In this document: piece after piece, positions 17,500 to 28,541 of the stretch
Layout of the letters: each line of letters opens with the position of its first letter
Numbering within the stretch: the stretch's first letter is position 1
NCBI GenBank assembly: GCA_902623215.1
Contig: CACNSS010000003.1
Coordinates: forward strand, 51,331-115,330
DNA from: an uncultured Pelagibacteraceae bacterium
GTDB taxonomy: Bacteria; Pseudomonadota; Alphaproteobacteria; Pelagibacterales; Pelagibacteraceae
Length of the DNA stretch: 64,000 nucleotides
Direction: 5' to 3'
Made by a program: the position numbers and the translations under genes
The notes under the pieces: generated by a model
What the model was told of the DNA's origin: nothing
The model's database searches: none
What the model saw: only the letters and a program-made list of their open reading frames with translations

Positions 17500-18441
17500 T
17501 CAAATAATTTGTTCTGTTTTAAATATTTTTTTTAGGCCTGAAGATTTATGGGTTATAAGAGTTTCGGATAAAAATTTTTTTTCTTTTATTTCAATTCCTG
17601 AAACCATATCTCCTGGTGTTATTCCAGTTGCACAAAAAATAGAATCACCAGAAATTATCTCATTTAACTCGTATTTTTTTTTGAGGTCAGTAATACCCAT
17701 TTTATTAGCACGATGTTTATCTTTATCTGTATCAAACATAAATCTACCCTGAAAATGACAATTATACGCATCAAGTGCTGCAGCAGCCAAAACACCCTCT
17801 GGGCCACCCCCAATACCAAGAAAAATATCTACTGAATATTTTTCATCTATTACCATAAGCGCACCTGCTACATCTCCGTCTGAGATCAATTTTAATTTTA
17901 CATTTAGACTCTTTAATTCATCTATAATTTTTTTGTGCCTAGGTCTATTCAATATACACGCAGTTAAATTCTCTGGTTTTTGATTTTTAAATTCAGCTAA
18001 ATTGTAAATATTTTTTTTTATTGAGTAGTCTAAATCAACAACATTAGGTTCAGAACAATTTGCGGATATTTTATTCATGTATGTTTCTGGAGCATTAAAA
18101 AGATTTGATTTATTCGTAACAGCTATAACTGATAGTGCACCAGGTAGACTATTTGCTACAAAGTTAGTACCTTCAAGTGGGTCAACAGCAATATCTAATA
18201 AAGGTCCATTTTTAGTTCCAACGTTTTCACCTATATGCAACATAGGAGCTTCATCAAGTTCACCCTCACCTATTACTATTCTACCATTCATATCGATTTT
18301 ATTTAATTCTTTTCTCATAGCATCAACAGCAGCTTTATCTGCTGCAATCTTATCTTTTTTTCCAATTAAAAAGGCTGCTGCTAAAGCAGCACGACTTGTG
18401 ACATTAAGAAATAAATTTTCAAATTTTTTATCTAAAACCAT
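17500..18441 (-). CDS. glpX: Fructose-1,6-bisphosphatase class II
   Basis: VIGEGE.DEAPML, AVDPLEGT, DGDVA, GIGGGPEGV. Confidence 0.96.
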   Translation of the reverse strand: MVLDKKFENLFLNVTSRAALAAAFLIGKKDKIAADKAAVDAMRKELNKIDMNGRIVIGEGELDEAPMLHIGENVGTKNGPLLDIAVDPLEGTNFVANSLPGALSVIAVTNKSNLFNAPETYMNKISANCSEPNVVDLDYSIKKNIYNLAEFKNQKPENLTACILNRPRHKKIIDELKSLNVKLKLISDGDVAGALMVIDEKYSVDIFLGIGGGPEGVLAAAALDAYNCHFQGRFMFDTDKDKHRANKMGITDLKKKYELNEIISGDSIFCATGITPGDMVSGIEIKEKKFLSETLITHKSSGLKKIFKTEQII

Positions 18442-19433
18442 TAATTAACAGTCTCTAATGAAGTGTTTTTTTCTAATTTTGCTTCGAATTCTCTTAATCT
18501 TTTCCAAACAGAAATTAACTCAACAATGATCGGCCAACTTCTTACCAAATATTGTAGTGATGTTTCCACCCTTCCAAAAGCTCTGATTATCTGTTGAACA
18601 AAACCTAGTGTTATAGCACCAGTGACAATTGTGGGAGCTAAAGCTAAATAAGGAACTATAACCATACCTTGTAAATAACTCCATTTGACAGCATTAAAAT
18701 ATAAATAATGAAAATACATTTTATAATGAATTTTTCTTACACCCCCATATAGATCAGTTATTTTTTCAGGTTTTGCGCTTTCTTTAAAATCTTCACCTAA
18801 AACTAATTCTTTTCTGTAAGCTGCTTCTTCTTTTTGAATATCATATTCAATACCTGGAAGCTTTATTCCAACACTTGCTAATAAAATAGTTCCACCTAAC
18901 GCTGAAAGTATCGCAACCCAAACTAAAGCATGATCAACTTCTCCTATCCAAGGTAAAACAGTTATGCTTTTAGATAAGCCCCATAAAATCGGTGTAAAAG
19001 CTATTAATGTCATTAAGCTTCTTAACAATTCTGCTCCAAGACCTTCCATAATTCTTGCAAATTTGAGAGTATCTTCTTGAACTCTTTGAGATGCTCCTTC
19101 AATAGATGACGCTTGATTCCATTTATCATGATAAAAATCTGCCATAGCTGTTCTCCACCTGAAAGTCCAATGACTAGTGAAATAGTCACTAAAAATAACA
19201 ACAAGAATATAAACAGCTGCTATTTTTGCAAATGTGAAAAGATAAGCAATAAATTCTTTTTCAGAAACAGAATTTGGTTCTGTTAAAGCTTTTTGTAAAG
19301 TGTCATAAAATTCTCCAAACCACTCATTAATTCTAACGTCTAGTTGTACTTGATACCATGTAGCTAATAGAATTAATATAGTGCCCCCTATACTCCATGA
19401 AAACCATTTCCTTTGTGTAAAAAATTTAAACAT
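18441..19433 (-). CDS. sbmA: SbmA/BacA-family peptide transporter
   Basis: V.INEW...FYD, FRWRTAM, IEGASQRVQEDT, EAAYRKELV.GED. Confidence 0.9.
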   Translation of the reverse strand: MFKFFTQRKWFSWSIGGTILILLATWYQVQLDVRINEWFGEFYDTLQKALTEPNSVSEKEFIAYLFTFAKIAAVYILVVIFSDYFTSHWTFRWRTAMADFYHDKWNQASSIEGASQRVQEDTLKFARIMEGLGAELLRSLMTLIAFTPILWGLSKSITVLPWIGEVDHALVWVAILSALGGTILLASVGIKLPGIEYDIQKEEAAYRKELVLGEDFKESAKPEKITDLYGGVRKIHYKMYFHYLYFNAVKWSYLQGMVIVPYLALAPTIVTGAITLGFVQQIIRAFGRVETSLQYLVRSWPIIVELISVWKRLREFEAKLEKNTSLETVN

Positions 19434-19715
19434 TTATTTTAAGAAATTGTCAGCATAAGATTTTTTTACAATTTTCCTTTTTTTTGGCTCAATAATTTCG
19501 TAATCGATTTTTTTCTTTTTTGCATAACTAACAGCGTTATCTCTAGATGAAAATTCTAATCTTAATTCACTAAAAGTATCATCTGAACTTTCCCAACCCA
19601 TTAAAGGATTTTGAGTTGGGTTTTTTGTTTCAAATTCTAAAATCCATTTATCTGATTTTCCAAGCCCAGATTGCATAGCGCTTTTGTTTGGTATATATAT
19701 TTTTGCTTTTTTCAT
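19434..19715 (-). CDS. Complex I accessory subunit (NDUFS4-like)
   Basis: AKIYIP.KSAMQSG, NPLMGW.SS.DT, KSYADNF; start moved to ATG 19715 because the ORF-track start lies inside tRNA-Pro. Confidence 0.9.
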   Translation of the reverse strand: MKKAKIYIPNKSAMQSGLGKSDKWILEFETKNPTQNPLMGWESSDDTFSELRLEFSSRDNAVSYAKKKKIDYEIIEPKKRKIVKKSYADNFLK

Positions 19716-19722
19716 AATAAGA

Positions 19723-19799
<77 letters not shown>

Positions 19800-19893
19800 A
19801 ATGATGTACTAATACAGTAGTTATCAGTTTTTTCAAAGGGATAAAGCTACCAAATTTAAAGAATTTTAATAAAAATCTGTTATATACAGACAC

Positions 19894-20358
19894 ATGATAA
19901 TATCTTGCCCTTGCAAAAAAAAAAGCTTCCAAATCGACGAAAACTTAATCCCAATAGAAGGTCGTAATTTACAATGTGGGTCATGCGGTCACGTTTGGTT
20001 TTTTAAAAATGAAAAGAAGAATTTAGAATTAAAAACTGAAATCTTTTCTAATAATGAAATAGAAAATGAAGAAAAAATTCAAAAAAAAGTAGATATAGAT
20101 CAAAAAGATCCACTAGATAACATTATAAGCAGTACAGATAAAGCTTTGATTAAGTACGACGAAGGTCCAAAAATAACTTTAACTAATTTACTCGGTTATA
20201 TGATTGTTTCTATTTTGTCTTTTATTGCGTTAATGATTTTATTAGATACGTTTCAAATACAATTATCATCTATTTTTCCTAATCTTGAATTATTCTTATA
20301 TAATCTATATGAAACATTGAAAGATATGTCTTTGTTTACAAAAGATTTAATTAAATAA
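19894..20358 (+). CDS. Zinc-ribbon (MJ0042-like finger) membrane protein
   Basis: N-terminal CPC...IP..GR.LQCGSCGHVW; C-terminal TM helix. Confidence 0.75.
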   Translation: MIISCPCKKKSFQIDENLIPIEGRNLQCGSCGHVWFFKNEKKNLELKTEIFSNNEIENEEKIQKKVDIDQKDPLDNIISSTDKALIKYDEGPKITLTNLLGYMIVSILSFIALMILLDTFQIQLSSIFPNLELFLYNLYETLKDMSLFTKDLIK

Positions 20359-20359
20359 T

Positions 20360-21532
20360 ATGATTAATTATATTTCAAAACCTTTTAAATGGTTTTTTAG
20401 GCTAGAAGCAGCTAGTGGACTAGTGCTTTTATTTGCAGCTGTGATAGCTTTAATTATAAGTAACTCAAATTTATCTGAACTCTATTTTTCTACTTTAGAC
20501 AAATACATTTTTATAGGTATAAATAAATTTGGTATTAAATTAAGTGTTCTACACTGGATTAATGATGCTTTAATGGCAATATTTTTCTTTTTTGTAACTC
20601 TTGAAATAAAAAGAGAATTTTTACAAGGGGAATTATCAAATATTAAACAAGCGTTATTACCAATAATTGCTGCAGTTGGTGGAATGCTTATTCCTGCTTT
20701 ATTTTATATTTTTATAAATTTTGGTGATAGTGAAACACTTAATGGATGGGCAATCCCATCTGCAACAGATATAGCTTTTTCTTTAGGTGTTCTATCTTTA
20801 TTAGGAAAAAGAGTCCCATTATCTTTAAAAGTTTTTTTAACAGCTTTGGCAATAATTGATGATTTAGGTGCAATTGTAATAATTGCATTATTTTACTCTG
20901 GCGATTTGAGTATAAAATATTTATCATTGATGTTACTTGCCTTTATTCTCTTACTGGTAATTAACAAATTTAATATTAAGAAATTTTTACCATATTTAGT
21001 TATAGGTATTTTTCTTTGGGATTTTACTCACAATTCAGGAATTCATGCAACGATCGCTGGAGTCCTTTTGGCTATGACAATTCCACATAGAAAAAAAGAA
21101 AAAGATTTTTCTTTATTAATTAAAGTTGAACATGCCATCAGTCCATATGTAGCTTTTGGTATTATGCCCTTATTTGCATTTGCAAATGCTGGAGTATCAC
21201 TTGAAGGTTTATCTTTAAACTCTCTTTTAGATAAAGTTCCACTTGGTATAGTATTGGGATTATTTGTTGGGAAACAATTGGGTGTATTCTTATTTTCTTA
21301 TATATCAATTAAAACAAAAATAGCTCAAATGCCAAATAATTCAAATTGGTATAACTTTTATGGAGTGGGTGTATTGACAGGTATTGGTTTTACAATGAGT
21401 TTATTCGTTGGAAATTTAGCTTTTGTTGAAAACATGCAATATATGGATGGTGTAAAAATAGGTGTGTTAACTGGGTCACTTTTATCCACTTTGTTTGGAT
21501 ACTTTTTAATATTACTTACACCTAACAAATGA
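20360..21532 (+). CDS. nhaA: Na+/H+ antiporter NhaA
   Basis: HWINDALMA.FF, GWAIP.ATDIAF, LAIIDDLGA, GIGFTMSLF. Confidence 0.97.
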   Translation: MINYISKPFKWFFRLEAASGLVLLFAAVIALIISNSNLSELYFSTLDKYIFIGINKFGIKLSVLHWINDALMAIFFFFVTLEIKREFLQGELSNIKQALLPIIAAVGGMLIPALFYIFINFGDSETLNGWAIPSATDIAFSLGVLSLLGKRVPLSLKVFLTALAIIDDLGAIVIIALFYSGDLSIKYLSLMLLAFILLLVINKFNIKKFLPYLVIGIFLWDFTHNSGIHATIAGVLLAMTIPHRKKEKDFSLLIKVEHAISPYVAFGIMPLFAFANAGVSLEGLSLNSLLDKVPLGIVLGLFVGKQLGVFLFSYISIKTKIAQMPNNSNWYNFYGVGVLTGIGFTMSLFVGNLAFVENMQYMDGVKIGVLTGSLLSTLFGYFLILLTPNK

Positions 21533-22071
21533 AAAAATTAATCTTATGCTTAGGAATAATAATGTTTTTTTTTAATAATTCAGGTTCAGCAAATTATAAA
21601 AAAACTTTTTATGATTTAAATATTGAGGGAATATCAGGAGAAACTATTAACTTCGGAGATTTTAAAAATAAAGTAGTTCTAGTTGTAAACACGGCAAGTT
21701 ATTGCGGTTTTACTAAACAATATGAAGATCTCCAAAATCTCTGGGTTAAATATAATAAAAAGGGATTAATTGTTCTTGGAGTTCCATCAAATACATTTAA
21801 TCAAGAAAAGAAAGAAAATTCTGAAGTTAAAAAATTCTGTGAAGTAAATTTTAATATAACTTTTCCACTGACTGCTATTACTGAGGTAAAGGGAAAAAAT
21901 GCTCATGAACTATTTAAATGGGCTAAAGCTAATCACGGTAGTTCTGCAGTACCAAAATGGAATTTTCATAAAATTTTAATCAATAAAGAAGGAAAAATAG
22001 AAGAAACTTTTAGTTCTTTTACCAAGCCACTATCAAATAAAATAGTTAATAAAATTAATAGTATCTTATAG
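21529..22071 (+). CDS. Glutathione peroxidase family protein (Cys type, with signal peptide)
   Basis: VVNTASYCGFT.QY, PSN.F.QE, KWNFHK. Confidence 0.92.
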   Translation: MKKLILCLGIIMFFFNNSGSANYKKTFYDLNIEGISGETINFGDFKNKVVLVVNTASYCGFTKQYEDLQNLWVKYNKKGLIVLGVPSNTFNQEKKENSEVKKFCEVNFNITFPLTAITEVKGKNAHELFKWAKANHGSSAVPKWNFHKILINKEGKIEETFSSFTKPLSNKIVNKINSIL

Positions 22072-22836
22072 ATTTAAAGTAAGACCATCAAATGCAGGTA
22101 TTGTATTTTTTGGTATAAGTTTTTTTAGATTTTTATAATCTAAAACTGGTGATAAATTAGTTAATATAGCTTTTTTAGGATTAAACTTTTTAATCATAGA
22201 AAGAGAAGTCTCTAAATTGAAATGTGATGGATGGTAATCATACCATAAGCAATCGATTATTAAAAATTTTAAATTTTTAAAGTATCTAAAATCCTTACTG
22301 TATATTTTGCTTACATCACTTATATAAGCAAGCTTCTTATCGATTATAAAACAATTAGATTTTACCTTACCATGTTTTACTTTAATTGATCTAATTGTAA
22401 TATTTTTTTTATTATTTGATATATCAAATTTTTTTTTTAACTTATGAAGTTTTAATGTGGCCGGGTACTCTTTTGAAAAACTCTTAAAGATATACGAAAA
22501 ACTATTTTTTAAATAATCTGATGTAAATTTATCAGCATAAACATCAACTTGATTTTTGCTACTTATATAAAATGGTCTTAAATCATTAATCCCATGTGTT
22601 TGATCACCATGCATATGTGAATAAAGAACCTTATTTATTTTCTTTATTTTATGTCTCAATAATTGTTGACGTAGATCTGGTGATGTATCAAATAAGATAT
22701 TCTGGTCAGAGGTTTTTAATAAGGCTGAACAACGTGTTCTATAATTTTTCTTATTTTTTGGATCACAATTTCCAAAAAAACCATCTGGTCTTGGTACACC
22801 CATTGAACTTCCACAACCTAGTATTATAAATTTCAT
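22066..22836 (-). CDS. MBL-fold metallohydrolase (PhnP-like)
   Basis: LGCGSSMGVP, DTSPDLRQQ, H.HGDQTHG, AYISD. Confidence 0.9.
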   Translation of the reverse strand: MKFIILGCGSSMGVPRPDGFFGNCDPKNKKNYRTRCSALLKTSDQNILFDTSPDLRQQLLRHKIKKINKVLYSHMHGDQTHGINDLRPFYISSKNQVDVYADKFTSDYLKNSFSYIFKSFSKEYPATLKLHKLKKKFDISNNKKNITIRSIKVKHGKVKSNCFIIDKKLAYISDVSKIYSKDFRYFKNLKFLIIDCLWYDYHPSHFNLETSLSMIKKFNPKKAILTNLSPVLDYKNLKKLIPKNTIPAFDGLTLNL

Positions 22837-22838
22837 AT

Positions 22839-23600
22839 TTAATTAAAAAAAAGATTATCAAAGTTGTCTGTAGTAATTTTGATAAGTTCTGATTTTGTAA
22901 TACCTTTAATTTCTGCAAGTTTTGAAGCAGTAAAATCTATAAAAGCTGGTTCATTTTTTTTCCCCCGATTAGGAACTGGTGCCAAAAAAGGACTATCAGT
23001 TTCAATTAGAATTTTATTTAAAGGAAGAAATTTAAATATATTTTGTAACTCAACAGATTTTTTAAAAGTTATAATGCCACTTGCTGAAAAATAAGCATTT
23101 AGCTTTAAAAGTCTTTCAGCAAAATGTTGCGAACCAGTGAAACAATGCATTAAAATTTTGAGTTTTTTGTCTTTATAGTCATTTAATATTTCAAAAGTTT
23201 TTTCTTCAGCATTTCTTGAATGAATAATTAAAGGTATGTTAGCTTTTAAAGCAGCTTCTATGTGAAGTTTAAAACTTTCTATTTGTTTATTTCTATCCGA
23301 ATTGTCGTAGTAAAAATCAAGACCTGTCTCACCTACCCCAATAATTTTTTTGTGCAAATTCAAATTTTTAATAATAAATTCTGTATCTATTTCATTTTTG
23401 TCTGCTTCATGAGGGTGTATACCAATAGTACCAAATATTATCTCATCTTTTTTTACAATATCTTTTACTTTTGAAAAACTTTCCACAGATGTTGAAATGG
23501 TCAATAATTTCTTAATACCAATGTCTTTTGATCTTTTAATAACATTGTTCAAGTCACTATATAATGGCTCATGATCTAAATGGCAGTGTGAATCAATCAT
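22839..23600 (-). CDS. tatD: TatD-family DNase
   Basis: IDSHCHLD, GIHPH, GETGLD, IHSR.A, HCF, ETDSPFL. Confidence 0.93.
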   Translation of the reverse strand: MIDSHCHLDHEPLYSDLNNVIKRSKDIGIKKLLTISTSVESFSKVKDIVKKDEIIFGTIGIHPHEADKNEIDTEFIIKNLNLHKKIIGVGETGLDFYYDNSDRNKQIESFKLHIEAALKANIPLIIHSRNAEEKTFEILNDYKDKKLKILMHCFTGSQHFAERLLKLNAYFSASGIITFKKSVELQNIFKFLPLNKILIETDSPFLAPVPNRGKKNEPAFIDFTASKLAEIKGITKSELIKITTDNFDNLFFN

Positions 23601-25134
23601 TTTTTCTTTCTATTTTATCAAACAATATATCAATTTTATTTATATCACCTCCTTTTTTTAGAAACTCATTGTCTTTGATTGTGTCAAAAATAATATCCTT
23701 TTCCTTAAGATTGAAAAGACCTAAAGCCTTTAACGATGAATGAGGAATAATAGGATATAACAAATAAGTAATTTTTCTAACAATTTCAAGAGTAGTGTAA
23801 ACAATAGTATTAAGTCTTATTATATCATCTTTTTTTTTCCATGGTGCTTGATCATTAAAATATTTATTCGCATCAAATAATCGTTTAACAATATAATCAA
23901 TATAGTAATTAATATTTTGACTATCTATTTCAGACCTTATTTTATCTAAATTCTGAGTGTATTCATTTAAAATTTTTAAATCATCATTCTGAAATTGAAT
24001 CATTTCTGGAATTTTACTATCACAATTTCTAATAGCAAAAGCACAAACACGTTGGCACAAATTACCAAAATTATTTGCTAAATCACTATTAATACAATCT
24101 TCTAATTTTTCCTGTGAAATATTTCCATCATTGCCGAAGGAAACTTCTTTTATTAGATAATATCTCAAGGGATCAAGTCCATATTGTTTTATAATTTCTA
24201 GTGGATCTAGGATATTACCTTTTGATTTAGACATTTTAATTTCGTTAGAGAGTATCCATCCATGCCCATATACTTTTTTTGGAGGATCAATTTTGGCAGC
24301 CAAAAGAAAAGCAGGCCAATATATTGCATGAAATCTTAATATGTCTTTTCCAATTAAATGAATTGAGGCAGGCCAGAATTTTTTATATAGATCATTATTT
24401 TTGTCTGGGTAATTTAATGCACTAATGTAATTTGTTAAAGCGTCCAACCATACATATATAACATGCTTTTCGTCATTTGGAACTTTAATACCCCAGGAGA
24501 AACTCTTTCTACTAACCGATAAATCTTTTAGTCCACTTTTTACAAAACTAATTACCTCATTTTTTCTTGAGGCAGGCAAAATAAAATTTGGATTTTTTTC
24601 ATAAAAATCTAAAAGTGGCTTTTCCCATTTAGATAATCTAAAAAAATATGATTCTTCATCAACCCATTCGACTGGCGATTTTGAAGAAATAGCAATTTTT
24701 TTATTATCTATTTCCTCAATTTCGTTCTCATCGTAAAAGGCTTCATCCGATACAGAATACCATCCGGAATATTTTGATAAATAAATATCATCATTTTTTA
24801 ATAACTTATCCCATAAATATTGAACAGATTTTTTGTGACGTGTTTCTGTTGTTCGTATAAAATCATTATTTGTTAGGTTTAATGTTTTAGATAAATCTTT
24901 AAATGTTTGGCTTATTTCATCACAAAATTTCAATGGATCTACTTTCTTTTTTTCAGCAGCTCTCTGAATTTTTAGACCATGTTCATCAGTTCCAGTAAGA
25001 AAGAACACTTCATAACCATCAATTCTTTTAAATCTCGCAAAAAAATCTGCTATTATACTAGAGTAGGCATGTCCCATATGAGGCTTTGCCGAAGGGTAAT
25101 AAATTGGGGTAGTTATATAAAATGTTTTACCCAT
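23593..25134 (-). CDS. metG: Methionine--tRNA ligase
   Basis: YITTPIYY, HMGH, GTDEHG, YVWLDAL, KMSKS. Confidence 0.98.
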   Translation of the reverse strand: MGKTFYITTPIYYPSAKPHMGHAYSSIIADFFARFKRIDGYEVFFLTGTDEHGLKIQRAAEKKKVDPLKFCDEISQTFKDLSKTLNLTNNDFIRTTETRHKKSVQYLWDKLLKNDDIYLSKYSGWYSVSDEAFYDENEIEEIDNKKIAISSKSPVEWVDEESYFFRLSKWEKPLLDFYEKNPNFILPASRKNEVISFVKSGLKDLSVSRKSFSWGIKVPNDEKHVIYVWLDALTNYISALNYPDKNNDLYKKFWPASIHLIGKDILRFHAIYWPAFLLAAKIDPPKKVYGHGWILSNEIKMSKSKGNILDPLEIIKQYGLDPLRYYLIKEVSFGNDGNISQEKLEDCINSDLANNFGNLCQRVCAFAIRNCDSKIPEMIQFQNDDLKILNEYTQNLDKIRSEIDSQNINYYIDYIVKRLFDANKYFNDQAPWKKKDDIIRLNTIVYTTLEIVRKITYLLYPIIPHSSLKALGLFNLKEKDIIFDTIKDNEFLKKGGDINKIDILFDKIERKND

Positions 25135-26047
25135 TTAATATTTTATCACTTAATTCAATAAATAGTGATTCCTCATCGAGATTATATTTATTAATTAAAT
25201 TTATTTTTTTTATAAAATAATTGTAATGATCTAAATCCAATGTTTTTGTTTTTTGTTTTAATAAATTTTCCAAGATTTCATAAAAAAGATATTTAAGATT
25301 TGAATCTTTCTTAAAGTGATTATTATTTATCAAAATATTAATAAAATCTCTAAGTTTGATATCTTTAATATCTATATTATTGTCGTTACAAAAATCTATC
25401 ATCTTATAAATATTACCAGGTGAAAAATAATAATTAATAAATTCATTATTAACCAAATTATAAATATTATCATTTACTAATTTATCTATTGTATACAATG
25501 ATTCATTATTACTTAAATGGATGTTAAATTTCACAAATCTAGAGATTAATGTATTTAATAATTTTTTTTGGTTTTGAATGAGTATAAAATAAATACCAAT
25601 ATTCGGTTCTTCAATATCTTTTAATAATGCATTTATGCTATTCTTGTTCAAATATTCACTATCATCAATTAAAACAAATTTAGGTTTTTCATTAAAGGAA
25701 GACTTATTTAAATCTTTTATCAGACTCCTTATTTGATCTATATTCACGACTTTTTTATCTATTTTAACGTCAACTAAAGAAAAGTTTGGACTTGAACCAT
25801 TTTTAATTAATTTAAAAGATTTATTTCTCTCATCAATTTTGAAATCTGTAAAATTATACGCAAAATCCTCATTTTCAGAAAGAATAGAATTGATTAGGTG
25901 ATAAGCCAAAGTGCATTTACCTATCCCCTTTCGGCCGTTTAATAAAATCTTATTTGGAAGTTTATTTTCTTTATATAAAGATATAAATTTTTTTAATTCT
26001 TTTCCGTGAATAAATAATTCTAATTGATTTGAAGGATTTAATTTCAT
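25127..26047 (-). CDS. holB: DNA polymerase III delta' subunit
   Basis: G.KGIGK, IDQIR, NALLK.IEEP, TLISR; tmk-holB-metG synteny. Confidence 0.85.
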   Translation of the reverse strand: MKLNPSNQLELFIHGKELKKFISLYKENKLPNKILLNGRKGIGKCTLAYHLINSILSENEDFAYNFTDFKIDERNKSFKLIKNGSSPNFSLVDVKIDKKVVNIDQIRSLIKDLNKSSFNEKPKFVLIDDSEYLNKNSINALLKDIEEPNIGIYFILIQNQKKLLNTLISRFVKFNIHLSNNESLYTIDKLVNDNIYNLVNNEFINYYFSPGNIYKMIDFCNDNNIDIKDIKLRDFINILINNNHFKKDSNLKYLFYEILENLLKQKTKTLDLDHYNYFIKKINLINKYNLDEESLFIELSDKILNG

Positions 26048-26661
26048 TGAATAAGATCATTAATCTTTCTAATTATGATTTCTTTATTTCTTTTTAATTC
26101 TAGATTTGAATCAACTATTAAGTATTTATTTTTTTTATTTCTTGAAATTTTTAAATAACCTTTTTGTACTTTTTGATAAAATTTGCTACTAAATTTATCA
26201 TATCTATTAAGTTTATCTCTTTTTCTTAATCTCGATAACATGTTTTTGTTATTTACAATATTTAAAAAAGTAAAATCAATTTTAAAATCATTTAGTATCA
26301 CACTATGAATTTTATTAATTAAATTTAAGTCAACACCTAACCCAAAATGTTGATAAGCTACTGTAGAGTCAGTAAATCTATCTATAAGTATAATCTTTTT
26401 TTTATGAAATTTTTTTAATTTTTGTATATTTTCGCTTCTTGAGGCTGAATATAAAAATAAATCAGTATTTCGATTAAAATTTGATTTTTTGTTGAGAATT
26501 AATTTTCTGATAATCTCTGAATTTCTACTACCACCAGGTTCCCTTAAACATATATATGGAATTTTTTTTTTTTTTAAAAAATTACATACATTCCTAATAT
26601 GAAGAGATTTTCCACTACATTCAATACCTTCAAAAACAATAACAGGCTTATTAGACATCAC
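26044..26661 (-). CDS. tmk: Thymidylate kinase
   Basis: FEGIECSGKS, REPGG, DRFTDST.AYQ. Confidence 0.95.
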   Translation of the reverse strand: MMSNKPVIVFEGIECSGKSLHIRNVCNFLKKKKIPYICLREPGGSRNSEIIRKLILNKKSNFNRNTDLFLYSASRSENIQKLKKFHKKKIILIDRFTDSTVAYQHFGLGVDLNLINKIHSVILNDFKIDFTFLNIVNNKNMLSRLRKRDKLNRYDKFSSKFYQKVQKGYLKISRNKKNKYLIVDSNLELKRNKEIIIRKINDLIQ

Positions 26662-27805
26662 CCCAAATTAAATAATTAATAGACTTCATAAGTCTTGAAA
26701 ACATATTAACTTTTTTAACATCATTACTCGCTAGCAAATCATATTCTCCAATTATATTTTCATTATAGGAAATATTTAATTTTCCAATGATTTGATCTTT
26801 TTTAATTGGCGCTTCAATTGGTCCCTCATAGTTGACTGATACTTTTAATAATCTTTTTTGGGCTTTTTTTATAGTTTTATATATGTCCTCATTTACATAA
26901 ACATTTACCTCTTTTTCTTTTCCCAACCATACATCAACTTTGTCTAAAGGTTTTTTTGCTTTAGCTATTTCAATGAGATCAAAATTTGTAATACCATAAG
27001 TTAATAACTTAGTGCTCTCTCTCGATCTACTGTTTTTAGTTTCAAATCCACTTCCAACAGCTATTAATCTTCGACCATTTTTTTTTAATGAGGAGGCTAG
27101 AGAATATTTTTCAACCGCTAAGTACCCAGTTTTGATCCCATCTGCTCCAAGGTTTTTATAAAGAAGTGGATTACGATTTCCCTGAGTTATGGGGTCACCG
27201 CCTGTCCTATCCCAAGTAAATTCTGTTTCACTAAACATTTTATAATATTCGGGGTGTTCTTTAATTAGATAATTAGACATTATAAGAATATCCCTAACAG
27301 TTGAGTAATTGTCTGGATCATTAATTCCTGATGAATTAGTAAAATTTGTATTTTCCATACCTATTTCTTTAGCTTTCATTGTCATCAAAATTGCAAATTC
27401 CTCTTCGGTTCCCGCAATACCTTCTGCTAAAGCAATGCAAGCATCGTTCCCAGAGGCAACAATAATCCCTCTAAGTAAATTTTCTACACTAACTTCATCA
27501 CCAACCATTATAAACATCGAAGAGTATCCAGCAGTAGACAATCTCCATGCTTTTTCTGATATTATAAATTTATCTTCTAAACTTAAATCACCAGACTTAA
27601 TTAGATCAAATGCAATTATAGATGTCATAATTTTAGTCATTGATGCTGGATAAATTGATCTATCGGGATCTTTTTCATAAAGAATTTTTCCAGATAGAAA
27701 ATCTTGCAAAATAGCAGTTCTAGCCTTTATTTGTATATTTGCATTCAAGTAACATGAAAAAAATAAAATGACTAAATTAATTGTAAAAATCTTCTTAAAC
27801 ATCAT
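26651..27805 (-). CDS. dacA: D-alanyl-D-alanine carboxypeptidase (PBP5/6)
   Basis: SxxK (PASMTK), SxN (SGNDA), KTG. Confidence 0.93.
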   Translation of the reverse strand: MMFKKIFTINLVILFFSCYLNANIQIKARTAILQDFLSGKILYEKDPDRSIYPASMTKIMTSIIAFDLIKSGDLSLEDKFIISEKAWRLSTAGYSSMFIMVGDEVSVENLLRGIIVASGNDACIALAEGIAGTEEEFAILMTMKAKEIGMENTNFTNSSGINDPDNYSTVRDILIMSNYLIKEHPEYYKMFSETEFTWDRTGGDPITQGNRNPLLYKNLGADGIKTGYLAVEKYSLASSLKKNGRRLIAVGSGFETKNSRSRESTKLLTYGITNFDLIEIAKAKKPLDKVDVWLGKEKEVNVYVNEDIYKTIKKAQKRLLKVSVNYEGPIEAPIKKDQIIGKLNISYNENIIGEYDLLASNDVKKVNMFSRLMKSINYLIWGDV

Positions 27806-28541
27806 TTAATATTTCTAAATTTTCAAAATTCATTGGCTTAAGTTTTTCATAGGTCTCTTTTAGACTTTTTATATCATTAAAGGGACCTATTAATACTCTA
27901 AATTTTGTTTTAGAAAGTTGTTGTATTCTAGAATTTTTTATATTTGTTTCATTTTTAATTCGTGAAATCATCGTCTTTGCTGAATTTTTATAATAAAAAT
28001 CAGCTAGTTTTATCGAATAGGAAAATTTAAGCTTTGAATTTTTCTTTTTCTTTTTAGGTGTTGGATTTAGATCTTTTATTTGAATACCGTCTACAGGTGC
28101 TTTTTCAGCAACTTTTTTTTCTTCTTCGAATGTTTTACTTTTTTTTGCAATAAAAGCAGAATTTCTTGAGACTAATATTATGTCCAGTAGTGGTTCATTA
28201 AAATCAAGGTCTAAATCTTCAGCAATTCTTTTAGATATGACAGAATTATAAAAATCTGAAAATTTTTGATTATTAGATTTTACTTCTGCAATCAAAGACT
28301 TACCATTTTTTGGATTTGTAATCTTGACAGTTGATTTTCTTTTAAGCGATTTGTGGTAAATCATTAATGATCTATCATCTAATTTTTTAATTTTATCTAA
28401 ACTTTCATCAGAAATTAGAGCAAATCCGCTATTAGTGTATTTTTTTTCTAATTTTATTTCAGTCTTACCCAACTCTTTGGGGATTTGAGCACAACCTATC
28501 AAATAAAAAGAGAATAATATAAGTAAAATTTTATAATTCAT
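27795..28541 (-). CDS. RlpA-like lipoprotein with C-terminal SPOR domain
   Basis: Lipobox LIGC; degenerate H..L...S.VKITN..NGKS; FRVLIGPF; lies between mltB and dacA. Confidence 0.75.
   Translation of the reverse strand: MNYKILLILFSFYLIGCAQIPKELGKTEIKLEKKYTNSGFALISDESLDKIKKLDDRSLMIYHKSLKRKSTVKITNPKNGKSLIAEVKSNNQKFSDFYNSVISKRIAEDLDLDFNEPLLDIILVSRNSAFIAKKSKTFEEEKKVAEKAPVDGIQIKDLNPTPKKKKKNSKLKFSYSIKLADFYYKNSAKTMISRIKNETNIKNSRIQQLSKTKFRVLIGPFNDIKSLKETYEKLKPMNFENLEILNDV

Noticed and set aside
21529-22071. Selenocysteine in glutathione peroxidase
   Set aside because: The active-site codon is TGC (Cys); there is no in-frame TGA.
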